Numbered from the whole stretch's first letter, positions 19,670-30,377 are shown. The stretch: 62,685 bases of DNA, filler included, from Deltaproteobacteria bacterium (GCA_016283195.1; 6 parts of 6 records of this genome joined end to end with filler, not necessarily neighbours in it); one strand, 5' to 3'. The notes: generated by a model not told the origin, from the letters alone. Made by a program: numbers and translations.

Positions 19670-20389
19670 AGTCGCTACTTTGTCCAATATTTCATTAGCC
19701 AGAGAGTCAACTATCTCATTGCCTTCCACACCGGCATGGCCCGGCACCCAATGAAAGCGCGCTTTGGGCCAGTTTTTGAGCAGCATTTTAATATCATTCA
19801 CCAGTTCGCTGTTGGCTTTAGCCTGCCAGGAACTGGTAAAGAGGCCGTGCACATATTTAGAATCGGTTAAAATGGCTATATTCTGCCCGCGGGGAATTTG
19901 CTCGGCTTTAAGATGCAAAAGAGCCATTTTAACTGCTGTAAGTTCCGCAAAGTTATTGGTATTTTCGCCCAGGAAGCGGCCATCCTTTATGCTCTTTTTA
20001 TCCATATCGGCCGGCCATTTGATCATAAAAGCCGCGGCGGCCGCCCCGGGGTTACCCCGGGAAGCGCCATCGGTAAAGCAAATAACGGTATCGTCCGGCA
20101 AAAGCGAGAGCAGGTTTTTGGCATGGAGCGCCGCTTTTTCGGCCTGGCTGCCACTTCTTTGGCCCGCTTTGCCAAAAGAGGCGGGAGCGCTGCCTCCTGG
20201 CAAATCCTCGCTCTCTTCCGGCAACGCTCCGGAAAGCTCACTGATATTGACGGCCGCCGCCTGGTATATCTTGGCCCCGGCCGCAAGTTGGTAACGAATG
20301 GGCACTCTTCCGCGTTCGGTCAAAAGCTGGCCGTTTTCATCACAAAGGGCCCAAACTTTTCCCTCTTTAAATTTTACTTTTATCCACAT
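19652..20389 (-). CDS. rnhA: Ribonuclease HI with N-terminal extension
   Basis: FTDGASRGNPG, TNNFAELTAV, ILTDSKYV and HWVPGHAGVEGNEIVDSLA motifs. The start could be 20389 or 20413. Confidence 0.9.
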   Translation of the reverse strand: MWIKVKFKEGKVWALCDENGQLLTERGRVPIRYQLAAGAKIYQAAAVNISELSGALPEESEDLPGGSAPASFGKAGQRSGSQAEKAALHAKNLLSLLPDDTVICFTDGASRGNPGAAAAAFMIKWPADMDKKSIKDGRFLGENTNNFAELTAVKMALLHLKAEQIPRGQNIAILTDSKYVHGLFTSSWQAKANSELVNDIKMLLKNWPKARFHWVPGHAGVEGNEIVDSLANEILDKVATLPSDT

Positions 20390-20494
20390 GGGCTTCTCTA
20401 TTTTGTAGTGCATACACTACTCATTAGGTATATAATGCGCCTGGTCTTGCCCCTTAGCAAGGGGGCGCTATATCTTTATTTAAAAGGAAAGCAT

Positions 20495-21994
20495 ATGAAA
20501 AGAAATTATTTCCTTCCCTCCCTAGTTACTTTGGCTCTTCTTTTAATCTTTAGCGAAAATGCCATAGCCAAAAAGTCTGGCTTCACCAGGCAGGATAATG
20601 TCACTTATTACCTGGGTATCCCCTTTGCCAAGCCGCCGGTTGGCGAATTGCGTTTTAAAGCGCCCGTTCCTATCGACGACGGAAAACCTCTTGATCGCCT
20701 GCCACCTAATCCTATGCAAGATACTTGGCTCGATTTGGAAATGAGCGAAGATTGTCTCTATTTAAATATTTTTGCTCCGAAAGATCAGCCAAAAGACAAA
20801 CCGCTCCCGGTGGTAGTCTGGGTCTATGGCGGCAGTTATACCACCGGCGGTATCGGCGAAAAAGCGGCGATGGGTTTTACTTACGACATGGGTGATTACG
20901 CCGTGGACACCAATTCAATTGTTGTTGCCGTTAATTACCGAGTCAATGCCTTCGGTTTTGCCGATTTTACCGCCTTTGGCCCGGAGTTTGAAAGCAACCT
21001 CGGCTTGAAAGATATTGTAGCCGCTCTGGGCTGGGTAAAGCGTAACATCGCTAAATATAACGGCGATCCGCAAAATGTCACTTTACAGGGCCAGTCGGCC
21101 GGCGCCGCTCTCATTGCCGCCCTTATGAATGTTGAGGAAGCTAAAGATCTTTTCCAAAGAGTTATTTTGGAAAGCCCCTGCCTGGAATCTTTTTATGACC
21201 GTGAAGAAGCCAAAGAATTTGCCGCCGAATATATTAAGCGCACCGGCGGTCATGCGGCCGATCTCCCTAAAATGGCCGCAGAAGATCTTATAAAACCCAT
21301 CAAGGAGATGGATAAATATGTGCGCTCCAAAAAGATGGGCACCTGCTCCTTTAACCCGGTGGTTGACGGCACCTTTTTAAAAGAGTTCCCCAGCAAAAAA
21401 ATTCTTTACCCTAAGCCGGTTATCTTGGGCACTAATAAAAATGAGTCTATTATTTTTGCTAAGTTTGCTAAATTAAAAGATTTTGGCAAGGCCGAGCACA
21501 CTTTACCATACACTGATCCGGAGATTAGGTCGCGCATTTTTGCCCAATACAGCAAGCGCTACCCCACCAAAAAATCCGTTGGCAACCTTTTGACCGATAC
21601 TATGTACACTGTGCCCAAATACCGCTATGCCGCCCTGCTGACTGAGCACGATCTGGCGTATCTCTACCGCTTTGATTTTTATTCCGGCATGTTCCGCACC
21701 GCCGGCATTAAGGCCAGCCACATGATAGAAATGTTCCCGCTTTTCAACAAAGGGCTTAAATATTTTGGTGTAAAGCGCAAAAAAGCTTTCCGCATCGGCG
21801 CTAACATGCGCGAGCAATTCGGTGCTTTTATTCACGGCGAGCCCATGCCCTGCGGAGAAAGTTATTGGAAACCCTATGACCAACTGGACAAAAATGTTCT
21901 GGTTATCAAAGATGATACCTGCAACCAAGAAAGAAATCCCGACCAGGCGGTTATCGAACGTTTTAAACCGGTAGATCATATTTTATTAAAATAA
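20495..21994 (+). CDS. Secreted carboxylesterase type B (para-nitrobenzyl esterase family)
   Basis: YLGIPFAKPPVGELRF, SEDCLYLNIF, VWVYGGSY, NYRVNAFGF, GDPQNVTLQGQSAGA (nucleophile elbow). AAGGA RBS before MKRN at 20495; the 19898 start in the track is an artefactual extension. Confidence 0.92.
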   Translation: MKRNYFLPSLVTLALLLIFSENAIAKKSGFTRQDNVTYYLGIPFAKPPVGELRFKAPVPIDDGKPLDRLPPNPMQDTWLDLEMSEDCLYLNIFAPKDQPKDKPLPVVVWVYGGSYTTGGIGEKAAMGFTYDMGDYAVDTNSIVVAVNYRVNAFGFADFTAFGPEFESNLGLKDIVAALGWVKRNIAKYNGDPQNVTLQGQSAGAALIAALMNVEEAKDLFQRVILESPCLESFYDREEAKEFAAEYIKRTGGHAADLPKMAAEDLIKPIKEMDKYVRSKKMGTCSFNPVVDGTFLKEFPSKKILYPKPVILGTNKNESIIFAKFAKLKDFGKAEHTLPYTDPEIRSRIFAQYSKRYPTKKSVGNLLTDTMYTVPKYRYAALLTEHDLAYLYRFDFYSGMFRTAGIKASHMIEMFPLFNKGLKYFGVKRKKAFRIGANMREQFGAFIHGEPMPCGESYWKPYDQLDKNVLVIKDDTCNQERNPDQAVIERFKPVDHILLK

Positions 21995-22124
21995 CCCTCC
22001 TTCAGCTTAGCAATATTAATCTTTTTTGCCAGACAATATTATTCCTTTATTTTTTTGAGCAAAAAAGCTACAACACATTAGTATTAAGCGGCATCAGTCT
22101 AATAGATGTCGATGGAGGTTCATC

Positions 22125-22589
22125 ATGACAAAGTCACCAAAAATCGCTTTACTTGCCTCTTGTGCCTTGTTTTTAGCTGTGGCAACACCGGCCATGGCCG
22201 CCGAGGATCTCACCTCCCCCGAGGGCTTTTGGAAAACCATACCCGATAACAAAGGCGACCCAGGCATTGTCAAAGTCACCTTAAAGGATGGCAAACTAAC
22301 TGCTCAGGTGGTGAAAGTTTTGTCGGAGGCTCATCCCAATCCGCGCTGTGTTAAGTGCGAAGGAGCCTTAAAAGATGCGCCGGTCGTGGGCATTAAACTG
22401 GTGGAAAATCTGTCGCCGATTGAAAAAGATGTCTGGGGCGACGGCCAGGTTTTAGACCCTGATTCCGGCAAATTCTACAAGGTTAAAATTTCTCTTATCG
22501 ACGGCGGCAAACGCATTAAACTGCGCGGTTACATCGGCGCTCCGGCTTTTGGCCGCACCCAGTACTGGGAACGCACCACCGCACCGTAA
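22125..22589 (+). CDS. DUF2147-family secreted protein
   Basis: Signal peptide; GFWKT, CVKCEG, G-x-VLDPDSGKFY and LRGYIGAPAFGRTQYWER motifs. Confidence 0.88.
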   Translation: MTKSPKIALLASCALFLAVATPAMAAEDLTSPEGFWKTIPDNKGDPGIVKVTLKDGKLTAQVVKVLSEAHPNPRCVKCEGALKDAPVVGIKLVENLSPIEKDVWGDGQVLDPDSGKFYKVKISLIDGGKRIKLRGYIGAPAFGRTQYWERTTAP

Positions 22590-22709
22590 GCTTCACTAGC
22601 GCCATTTTTTTATGCATCACAATATTTTCTTAATTTTCTAAAAGAAATTGTTTACTTACCGGCTTAAGCCAAGTTACTATATGCTCAAAAAGATACGCTT
22701 TATGCACTT

Positions 22710-23687
22710 TTACTCAGGTTTTTCAATACAACGCACGGCCATGTGATATTCCTTTTTATAGTAGTCCACAGAAGCATAACTTAAACCCAAGAACATATCA
22801 TAAGCGTGAGTTTCATCATATTCTGGCCCAGCCCAGAAGTAGGCACGTTCGCCTGAACCCCACGGGGTTCCATCAGCAGATGCACGGCCAGCGGGTAACG
22901 CTGCAAAAGAATAGGTATCAAGCGCCATGTTCGAGTAATTATCATTCCAGTCATTCCAAGTGGTAGATTTGGCAATAAGAGCATAAAATGCCGGATTTTC
23001 TTTATCGTGATTTGTACCGGCATATTCCAGCAAATTGCTAAAATCCCACACAGTCGGCAAGCGCCAACCACTGGGACAAATACTTTTGGCAGCCTCCCAA
23101 TTGTAAAGCAGGCCATAATAAGCCATTATACCGTAACTATCCCGCACCTGAGTAGCGCTACCCTCCGTGGGAGCTTTGGCATAATTCTCAGCAAACCATT
23201 TTTGGCAACCTATTGTTGTTGTTTTATATTCTCTGTTATTGTCACTGCTATCGATAAAGGTACCTGTTATTCCATCTTGTAATTCACACTTTTGGTCACA
23301 ATTTTCGCCGGTAAAACCTATCCAGCAAAAATCACATTTGCCATCTCCATCATTGCCATCCCGGCAAACACCGTTCACACAATTGCATGGTTTACAATAA
23401 GTGCCATAAAGCCCAGAACCTTGGAGACACACTTGGGGCACGTCAATATCGGTATCGGCGTCTGTTTTGCCATCGGTATCAGCATCCGTTTTACCATCAG
23501 TATCGGCGTCTGTTTTGCCATCGGGATCGGCATCCGTTTTGCCATCGGGATCATTATCTGTTTCGTCATCAACCAGCTTTTGTTCATTATTGTTTTGTTC
23601 TTTATCAGCCGGTGGATTATCCACGCAAGATACGGTCAAAAACAGTGAAAGCCCCATAAAAAGTGTCAAACATTTAAACTTATTCAT
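22710..23687 (-). CDS. Lipoprotein with Asp-rich repeat linker, EGF-like segment and FISUMP domain
   Basis: Lipobox LTVSC; YKTTTIGCQKWFAENY, YGLLYNW, CPSGWRLPT, FAALPAG, AYFW and AVRCIE motifs. Visibly AT-richer than its neighbours. Confidence 0.85.
   Translation of the reverse strand: MNKFKCLTLFMGLSLFLTVSCVDNPPADKEQNNNEQKLVDDETDNDPDGKTDADPDGKTDADTDGKTDADTDGKTDADTDIDVPQVCLQGSGLYGTYCKPCNCVNGVCRDGNDGDGKCDFCWIGFTGENCDQKCELQDGITGTFIDSSDNNREYKTTTIGCQKWFAENYAKAPTEGSATQVRDSYGIMAYYGLLYNWEAAKSICPSGWRLPTVWDFSNLLEYAGTNHDKENPAFYALIAKSTTWNDWNDNYSNMALDTYSFAALPAGRASADGTPWGSGERAYFWAGPEYDETHAYDMFLGLSYASVDYYKKEYHMAVRCIEKPE
23449..23552 (-). repeat. 24-bp tandem repeat, ~4.3 copies, encoding D(P/T)DGKTDA
   Basis: Units at 23449, 23473, 23497, 23521 and a partial one at 23545 (tcggtatcggcgtctgttttgcca and variants). 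Confidence 0.92.
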
Positions 23688-23792
23688 TTAAAACTCTTCT
23701 TATTCGCCACAAAAGGCTAAGAATATAATTTTACTACTATATTTAAAAAACAGCTTAGGCCATTTAATAAAAATCTCACTGGGTTAAGGGAA

Positions 23793-24857
23793 CTAGCAGC
23801 GCAGATAAAAATTCTCGCACATTCCACGAAAATCTTTTAATTCCAAATCAATACCAGCTTTAGGCAAGAAGACGTGGCCGCTAAAGAGGCCAAATGGCCC
23901 ACGGTAGCGGTTGGCAATCAAAATGGCATTTATATCCACTTTGCGCACCACTTCCGGCGTAAAAGTAAGATTAACCTCCCCCGCTTCTCCGCTACCGGCA
24001 ATGTGCCAGGGCTTTAAAATATCCTTTTGGTTAAAAGCAAAAGTAACGGGCGGCAAGGAGTGTAGCGCCCCATCCAGCCAGAGGCAGTTTTCATTATATG
24101 TGGCCTGATCCTGCACCTGGTTATTGGTGAGATTAAAGCCTAAAAGCCGGCCCTCTTCCACTTTGCCGGCGGTTGCCCAGTGCCATTTCATGCGGTAGGG
24201 ATAATAGCCTTTATGGATATCGGCTAGCGCATAGCTGCTCTCTGCGGCAAAGGGTATTTCGGCGCCATCCAGAGTCATAGAACCGGCTAGGGGGCAAATA
24301 TTCTTGTGCGAATACATAGCTCTCTTCCCTATAAGCGGCAGGCAAACTTCCATCGGCGCATGGCGGCTGGCGGCATCAAAAATAGTAAAATCACCACTAA
24401 CCGCCGGCAGCCCCTTTTGCGCGGAAATATTAAAAGATATATGGTGCTTATTTTCTGATAGCTTGTTTTCAAAAGCTACTGCAAAACCTTGGCTCTTATA
24501 GCCAAAAGAGCTGTCACTAAGATCGGCCGGCACTTTAAAGGCCCAGGGCGGAGTCATGCGCTCATAAAAATAGATGGCCTTACTCCTTACATCCTGAATA
24601 CACACCTGGGCGAGGGCCAAGGCCTTGGCGTTAAAGAGGGCCAGGCTAAGATAATAATCAGAACTCACCAGGGCAAAATGCTGCCACTCTTTGAGGCGGA
24701 AGTTCTTCCAAAAACGCGGTGCACCAAGAGCGACATCAAGCGGATTTATAAGAGAAAAAGGCGAACTAAAGCGGCCCAGATTAAACTTTCCGCCACTCAC
24801 CAGCTCCTTAGGAGCCGCAGGAACATCAGCAAAAACAGTCTGCATTTTTAAACCCAA
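23793..24857 (-). CDS. DUF2804-family protein
   Basis: RLKEWQHF, YSHK, DIHKGYYPYRMKWHWA, GFNLT, NENCLWLDG, PWHI, LTFTP and PFGLFSG motifs. Confidence 0.75.
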   Translation of the reverse strand: MGLKMQTVFADVPAAPKELVSGGKFNLGRFSSPFSLINPLDVALGAPRFWKNFRLKEWQHFALVSSDYYLSLALFNAKALALAQVCIQDVRSKAIYFYERMTPPWAFKVPADLSDSSFGYKSQGFAVAFENKLSENKHHISFNISAQKGLPAVSGDFTIFDAASRHAPMEVCLPLIGKRAMYSHKNICPLAGSMTLDGAEIPFAAESSYALADIHKGYYPYRMKWHWATAGKVEEGRLLGFNLTNNQVQDQATYNENCLWLDGALHSLPPVTFAFNQKDILKPWHIAGSGEAGEVNLTFTPEVVRKVDINAILIANRYRGPFGLFSGHVFLPKAGIDLELKDFRGMCENFYLRC

Positions 24858-25481
24858 TTAAAAAGCGCCGCTAAGGCCGATAGCCCCGCCGTGAATCGCT
24901 CTGTCTTCACCAAAAAGAGGCGCCAGCGTAGGTGCGAGGCTTACTTTTTTGGAACGATTCTTGCCCTTTTCCAAAACTTCCTTTTTAATTTTCAGCGCTT
25001 TGATACCAAACATCACTAAAGAGGCGCAGGCAGTAAACATACCAATGTAATAACCAACATGCCAGCAAATGAGATTGCCACCCATAATAGCCCCCAAATA
25101 GACGCCAAACCCGGCAAAAGAGAGGCCGGCAAAAGTCCAGCCCAGAATAGAGAGAGCTCCACCCTGGACACCGGCTTTTTTACCGAGAGCGGTGGAAAAA
25201 GCTCCCATTAAACCGGCAGAAGCCATAAAGGTTGGCAACATATAAACAGCCAGATTATCACCGGCCTGCCCCATTGCCCAGCCGGGCAGAGTGAGGGCAA
25301 AATTGAGGCCACCCAATACAAAGCTGGAGATAGCCAGAGCCTCGGCTTTTTTTACCACTTCAACCGTGGATCTGTCACCGGAGCGCCCGCCGGTAGCACC
25401 GCCGTCTTCAGCTGCCCGGGCCGCGGAAGAGCCGAAAGCAATTAAAGCTACCAGAGAGAGAGTCAAGAGGTGTTGTTTCAT
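24858..25481 (-). CDS. Secreted/membrane hypothetical protein with glycine-rich helices and a C-terminal beta-signal-like tail
   Basis: Signal peptide (ARA-AE), four Gly-rich hydrophobic segments, ends ...LAPTLAP...GGAIGLSGAF. Confidence 0.65.
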   Translation of the reverse strand: MKQHLLTLSLVALIAFGSSAARAAEDGGATGGRSGDRSTVEVVKKAEALAISSFVLGGLNFALTLPGWAMGQAGDNLAVYMLPTFMASAGLMGAFSTALGKKAGVQGGALSILGWTFAGLSFAGFGVYLGAIMGGNLICWHVGYYIGMFTACASLVMFGIKALKIKKEVLEKGKNRSKKVSLAPTLAPLFGEDRAIHGGAIGLSGAF

Positions 25482-25551
25482 AATATACTCCTTTTACCGT
25501 CACTTTTTCTAAAGCAACATATTTGTTTTTTCTTATATAACAAGAAGAAAA

Positions 25552-26892
25552 TCAAAGCAAGGTAGCGGCCAGTTCGGCTAGGCCGGAGCGTTCGCCTTTG
25601 GTCAGAGTGACATGGCCGGCCACGCTTTCTTTTTCAAAGCGCTTCACAAGGTGCACCAGACCGTTGTTGCTGGAATCAATATAAGGATTATCGATTTGGT
25701 AAGGATCGCCTGTCAGCACAATCTTGGTATTTTCGCCGGCGCGGGTGATAATGGTCTTCACCTCATGGGGAGTAAGGTTCTGTGCTTCATCGATAATCAT
25801 ATATTGCTTAGGAATAGAGCGGCCGCGAATATAGGTAAGAGGCTCGATTTCCAAAATACCTTCATCAAATAAGTAATCAATATAACTTACTTTTTTGCCG
25901 CCTTTGGTGTCGTTTTTGTAATTTTCGTCGCCGGAGCGGTCAATAGAGGCCAAAAATTCCACATTGTCATAAATAGGCTGCATCCATGGACCCAGCTTTT
26001 CGCCCATATCACCGGGCAAATAGCCGATATCGCGCCCCATGGGGATAACCGGCCGGGAGATCAAAAGACGGCTATAGCGCCGCTCTTCGGCCACCATTTG
26101 CAAGCCGGCAGCCACAGCAATAAGTGTTTTACCGGTGCCGGCCTTGCCCACCAAAGAGACCAGCGGCACCCGCTCGTCCATAAGGAGCTCCAGAGCAAAG
26201 CTCTGCTCTTTATTGCGCGGCCTAATCCCCCACACCGAGCCTTTGAGCTTTTTAAGCGCATCGATGCGCCCGTTATAAACACGCCCAAGTGCAGTATTGG
26301 CGCTATTCTCATCGGAGTGTAAGACCACAAATTCATTGGGATTAAGCCCTTTGGCTACTTCGCCGTCCAAATAGCCATCCTGATAAAAACGGGCTATTTG
26401 CTCTGCCGGCACGGTAACATCGGCCACACCGCTATAGAGCTCGGAAATATCCTGGCGCTCGGTATCGTAATCCATCACCGCCAGGCCCATCACATGAGCT
26501 CTAACGCGAAGATTTACATCTTTGGTGACAAAATAGGTCTCGCGGCCCAGCATTTTGTTCTCTTCCAGCACCATAAGGCCGGTGGAGAGAATGTTGTTAT
26601 CCGGCGAGTTGTCGGTAATAAATTCCTGCGGCAGACCGCGCTTACTAAAGCGAATACGAATAGATCCGCCGCTTTCGGTTTTTACCCCCTGAGAAAGGTC
26701 TCCTTTGGCGCCCAGCCTGTCCAGCACCCGCACCACTTCGCGGGCATTGCGTCCTCTGGCTCCCATGTCTTTTTTGAAGTGGTCAACCTCCTCAATGACG
26801 TAGATGGGCAAAACCACCTCATTGTCGCCAAAAGCGAAAAGACTGCCGGCATCATGGAGCAAAACGTTGGTATCCAGGACAAAACTTTTCAT
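25552..26892 (-). CDS. PhoH-family protein (PIN + PhoH ATPase, YlaK/PhoH2-type)
   Basis: VLDTNVLLHD, VIEEVD, DNNIL, TKDVNLRV (PIN); GKAGTGKT, GYLPG, YIRGRS, IIDEAQN and GDPYQID (PhoH). GAGGTG RBS before the ATG at 26892. Confidence 0.93.
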   Translation of the reverse strand: MKSFVLDTNVLLHDAGSLFAFGDNEVVLPIYVIEEVDHFKKDMGARGRNAREVVRVLDRLGAKGDLSQGVKTESGGSIRIRFSKRGLPQEFITDNSPDNNILSTGLMVLEENKMLGRETYFVTKDVNLRVRAHVMGLAVMDYDTERQDISELYSGVADVTVPAEQIARFYQDGYLDGEVAKGLNPNEFVVLHSDENSANTALGRVYNGRIDALKKLKGSVWGIRPRNKEQSFALELLMDERVPLVSLVGKAGTGKTLIAVAAGLQMVAEERRYSRLLISRPVIPMGRDIGYLPGDMGEKLGPWMQPIYDNVEFLASIDRSGDENYKNDTKGGKKVSYIDYLFDEGILEIEPLTYIRGRSIPKQYMIIDEAQNLTPHEVKTIITRAGENTKIVLTGDPYQIDNPYIDSSNNGLVHLVKRFEKESVAGHVTLTKGERSGLAELAATLL

Positions 26893-27108
26893 GTTCACCT
26901 CTTGTGCAATTAAGCACGTTAAAGAACCACTCACCGCAAAAGTAAAACATTTTTTGGAGAACTACAACAGCCTAGCTTGATACAAATGGCAACAAATGCA
27001 AAAATTTTGCCTTTAGTAAAAGGGCAAAATAGTGTAAATGGGTTATGTTGTCGGTAAAGTGCCGACGGCAGCCCGTTGTGTTTGCTGTAAAATGACGAGG
27101 AAAAGCTT

Positions 27109-28704
27109 ATGACAAAAACATTCCAGCACTGGCCACGCCGTTTGGGAATCGGTATTCCCTTGGCTCTGGCTCTAACTATTTTGGCACCTAAAACCGCCTC
27201 TGCCCAGGACAAAGTTATCCTCTTTCCGCTGGCGCCCATTGGCGAAGGTGTCGATGAATCACTCATCAACGATATTACCAACAGCCTCTTTGGCGAAATA
27301 GATACGCGTAAATCCTTTACCATGGTAGAGGGCAAAGAAATTGTAGCGGAAACCAAAGAAGAACCGGTAGCGGCCCCGGCTCCGCAGCCAGAGGAAGAGC
27401 CCGAAGCTCCGGCTGCTTCTCCTGACGGTTATTTACAAGCCATTCAGCTCTTATCGCAGGGCGAGGCTTCAACTCAGCGCAATCGTTGGGAAGCCGCCAG
27501 CACAACACTGGAAGAGGCGGTTAAATTATTTGAGAATAATTTAGCTTTTTTGGAAGATAACAGCAAATTGGAAGGTGCTTACCTCACCCTCTCTGTCTCC
27601 TACTTCCGCCGCGGTAAAGAGCGCGAAGGCCGGGAAAATATGCGCAAAGTCCTGGTGATGTCTCCGGATTTAACCCTAGATGCCCGCAAATATCCGCCGC
27701 TTTTCCGCTCTATTGCCGATGAAATTCGCCAAGAAGTTAAATCCGCAGGCAAAGGCACAATAAAAGTCACCGGGAAAGCCAGCGGTGCCAAAGTCTTTTT
27801 AGATGGCAAAGAGGTTGGCTCTATTCCAACGGAAATTAAAGATGTTACAGCCGGCGCCCATGTCCTCCGCGCAGTAAGCGGCAATAACAGCTGGGGTGAG
27901 CTCATAAGCGCTAAAAGCGGCGCGGTAACAACTAAAGATGTGCCCCTAAACGCTCCGGCCCAAAAGAAGCAGGAAACAGCAGTAGTCGCCGCCGCGCCCA
28001 AAGCCCAAGGACCTTTTATTGTTAAAGCTATTAACAGCAATAATTTCAGCGATGAAGCACGCGCGGCAGCTATCGAATCGGCTGCTGCCGCCGAGGGAGC
28101 TTTTGTCTTAGTCGGCGGTGTTGCCGCCAAAGACGGCGGTCTCGTAGTACCGATCTTTATTTGTGAAATTAAAAGCAAAAAATGCGACCGCCTCATGCAA
28201 GCAGTCTTAGACAATGATTTAAACGCTCTTGATACCGAGGCCCCGCGCTTTGCCGACACTCTGGCCAAAAAAGTTCAAAGCATGAATGGCGATATTACGG
28301 CGCCGGTTCCCTTTATCAGCGATAAGCCAGATGAAATAGCTCCGGTAGTCGCTCCGGTCGTGGTGCCGGTAGAAACACCGCCGGCAGAAGAAACACCGCC
28401 GCCCGCAGAGCCGGAACCAGAACCAGTGCCAGCCCCGGAACCGCCGGCACCGACTCCGGAAGAAGTAGTACCGCCGGCACCTATTATCGAGCCTCCGGTT
28501 GAAGTTATGGCTCCGGTAAACGATGACGTCCTGGCCCAAACTCCGGCGGACAACACCAAAGAAGATAAGGTTAAAAAGCCCTTCTATAAAACTTGGTGGT
28601 TTTGGACAATTACCGGGGTAGTAGTGGCCGGAGCAGTCACCGGAGCTACTGTAGGCGCTATTGAAGGCAACAAAAAGACCACTCAAATTCGCTTGGTCTG
28701 GTGA
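27109..28704 (+). CDS. PEGA-domain surface protein with TPR segment and Pro-rich linker
   Basis: Signal peptide; TPR-like helices ending YPPLF; PEGA GAKVFLDGKEVGSIP...AGAHVL; Pro/Glu-rich linker; KKPFYKTWWFWT + Gly-rich helix at the C-terminus. Confidence 0.82.
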   Translation: MTKTFQHWPRRLGIGIPLALALTILAPKTASAQDKVILFPLAPIGEGVDESLINDITNSLFGEIDTRKSFTMVEGKEIVAETKEEPVAAPAPQPEEEPEAPAASPDGYLQAIQLLSQGEASTQRNRWEAASTTLEEAVKLFENNLAFLEDNSKLEGAYLTLSVSYFRRGKEREGRENMRKVLVMSPDLTLDARKYPPLFRSIADEIRQEVKSAGKGTIKVTGKASGAKVFLDGKEVGSIPTEIKDVTAGAHVLRAVSGNNSWGELISAKSGAVTTKDVPLNAPAQKKQETAVVAAAPKAQGPFIVKAINSNNFSDEARAAAIESAAAAEGAFVLVGGVAAKDGGLVVPIFICEIKSKKCDRLMQAVLDNDLNALDTEAPRFADTLAKKVQSMNGDITAPVPFISDKPDEIAPVVAPVVVPVETPPAEETPPPAEPEPEPVPAPEPPAPTPEEVVPPAPIIEPPVEVMAPVNDDVLAQTPADNTKEDKVKKPFYKTWWFWTITGVVVAGAVTGATVGAIEGNKKTTQIRLVW

Positions 28705-28712
28705 GGCAAAAA

Positions 28713-30272
28713 ATGAAAAACAGTTTAAAATACAACAAATTACTCTTATTACCTCTCCTACTTGGTGCTGCCTCATGCAATGGCCGCGATATGTTGGTTG
28801 ATGTTCTCATCAATAACCCATGCAACCAAACTATTCTGGCCGATGCCGATACCATCCGCTTTACCGTAGAATCCGATTCTTTTAATAAACCGCAAGTTAG
28901 CACTTTTACCACCTCCGGCCAAGGCGGCAACGGCAATCTTAATTTCAACCTGCTCTTGCCGGATGCCAAAGTAACCGTGAGTGTTTTGGATAAAAATCAG
29001 CAACTCACTGCTGTCACCACCTTTGGCCCCATGGATTTAAGCGGCGATAAGAAGCATACGCACTTAATCTTAAATGTAGCGCCCGGAAAAGTATCCGAAT
29101 TTAATCAAACAACTCCCCAAGAGGGCACTTGCGGCGAAATGAGTTACGGACGCATCGGCCACACTGCCACCACATTGCCCAATGGGCAGGTACTCATCAT
29201 CGGCGGCGAGCAGATAAATTCCGCCTCCTCTTCTACTCCAATCAAACAAACCGAGTTTTACGATCCGGCCACTTCCAAGTTCACCGAAGGGCCGGAATTG
29301 CCGGGCGGTGCCCGCAAATATCACACAGCCACTCTTTTACCTGACGGGCGCGTACTAATAGCCGGCGGTATCGGCCAGTTTACTTCCGGCAATACTACTG
29401 TGGACACCACCCTAAATACCGTTTTTGTTTACGACCCCGAAAGCGGCGCTTTTTCCTGGCCGGAAAATGGAGCTACTAATTTAACCAATGCCAGAGCTCA
29501 TCACACAGCCACGCTCCTCAGCGACGGGCGGGTGATGTTTGCCGGCGGTTTGCAAAATGTTGAAGGTAAGAACGTATATACCGATTCTATTGAATTTTGG
29601 AACCCGGAAAAGGGCTGTTTCAGCGTTGAAGGTATTAAACTGCAAAAACCCCGCGCCTACCACTCAGCCGTTGCCGTAAACAATAATAACGATGTGGTTT
29701 TTCTCGGCGGGCAAAACGAAAGCCAGGCTCTTAGCAGTGTGGAATATTATCATGCCGGCTCCATGGAAAACGGTACCGGCGAGCTCTCTTCTCCCCGCAC
29801 TATGGCCAGTGCCATTCTACTGTCTGATAATGAGACTATTCTCATTAGCGGCGGTTATAAAAATGCCGTTAATCTAAACCCCACGGCCTCCACTTTTAAA
29901 TCAAGCCTTAAAACAGCCGACCTCTATAAATTTAATTCCACCAAAACACTACCATGCGGCGAAGCCATGACAACCGAGCGGGCTTATCACCAGATGAGCC
30001 TTTTGCCTAATGGCACTGTTCTCATTACCGGCGGGCGCACCAGCAATGGTATGCCAACGAGTTCAGCCGAGATTTTCACGGTAAAAAATAGTTCCGGCAT
30101 CTGCTCGGCAAGTTCTGAATTGGTATCTGACATGACCAGCCCCAGAAGCGGCCACGCGCAAACAATTTTACCGGGCGGCGATATCTTTTTGGTTTCCGGG
30201 CAAAATTCCGGCACCCAAACCGCTTTAACGGCAGAGTATTACACTGTTCCCAGAACGGAAGCTTCACACTGA
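28713..30272 (+). CDS. Kelch-repeat lipoprotein
   Basis: Lipobox GAASC; repeated R-x-x-H-T-A-T-L-L-x-D/N-G-x-V-L-I-x-G-G Kelch motifs (about 7). Confidence 0.88.
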   Translation: MKNSLKYNKLLLLPLLLGAASCNGRDMLVDVLINNPCNQTILADADTIRFTVESDSFNKPQVSTFTTSGQGGNGNLNFNLLLPDAKVTVSVLDKNQQLTAVTTFGPMDLSGDKKHTHLILNVAPGKVSEFNQTTPQEGTCGEMSYGRIGHTATTLPNGQVLIIGGEQINSASSSTPIKQTEFYDPATSKFTEGPELPGGARKYHTATLLPDGRVLIAGGIGQFTSGNTTVDTTLNTVFVYDPESGAFSWPENGATNLTNARAHHTATLLSDGRVMFAGGLQNVEGKNVYTDSIEFWNPEKGCFSVEGIKLQKPRAYHSAVAVNNNNDVVFLGGQNESQALSSVEYYHAGSMENGTGELSSPRTMASAILLSDNETILISGGYKNAVNLNPTASTFKSSLKTADLYKFNSTKTLPCGEAMTTERAYHQMSLLPNGTVLITGGRTSNGMPTSSAEIFTVKNSSGICSASSELVSDMTSPRSGHAQTILPGGDIFLVSGQNSGTQTALTAEYYTVPRTEASH

Positions 30273-30377
30273 TAATTTTAGCCATTTAACAAAGCTTGGT
30301 GTATGTAAGCTCGATTTTGACTGCTGGTGGCAGTTAAAAAGTAGCGATGCTTCTTATAAATGACAAAGGAGATTTTC

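Noticed and set aside
19898-20494. 199-aa N-terminal extension of the carboxylesterase in the ORF track
   Set aside because: It is the antisense shadow of rnhA. The real start has an RBS and a signal peptide at 20495.
23449-23552. CRISPR-like repeat array
   Set aside because: Units are contiguous with no spacers and lie in frame within a CDS. No cas genes and no spaced repeat array seen anywhere in the window.
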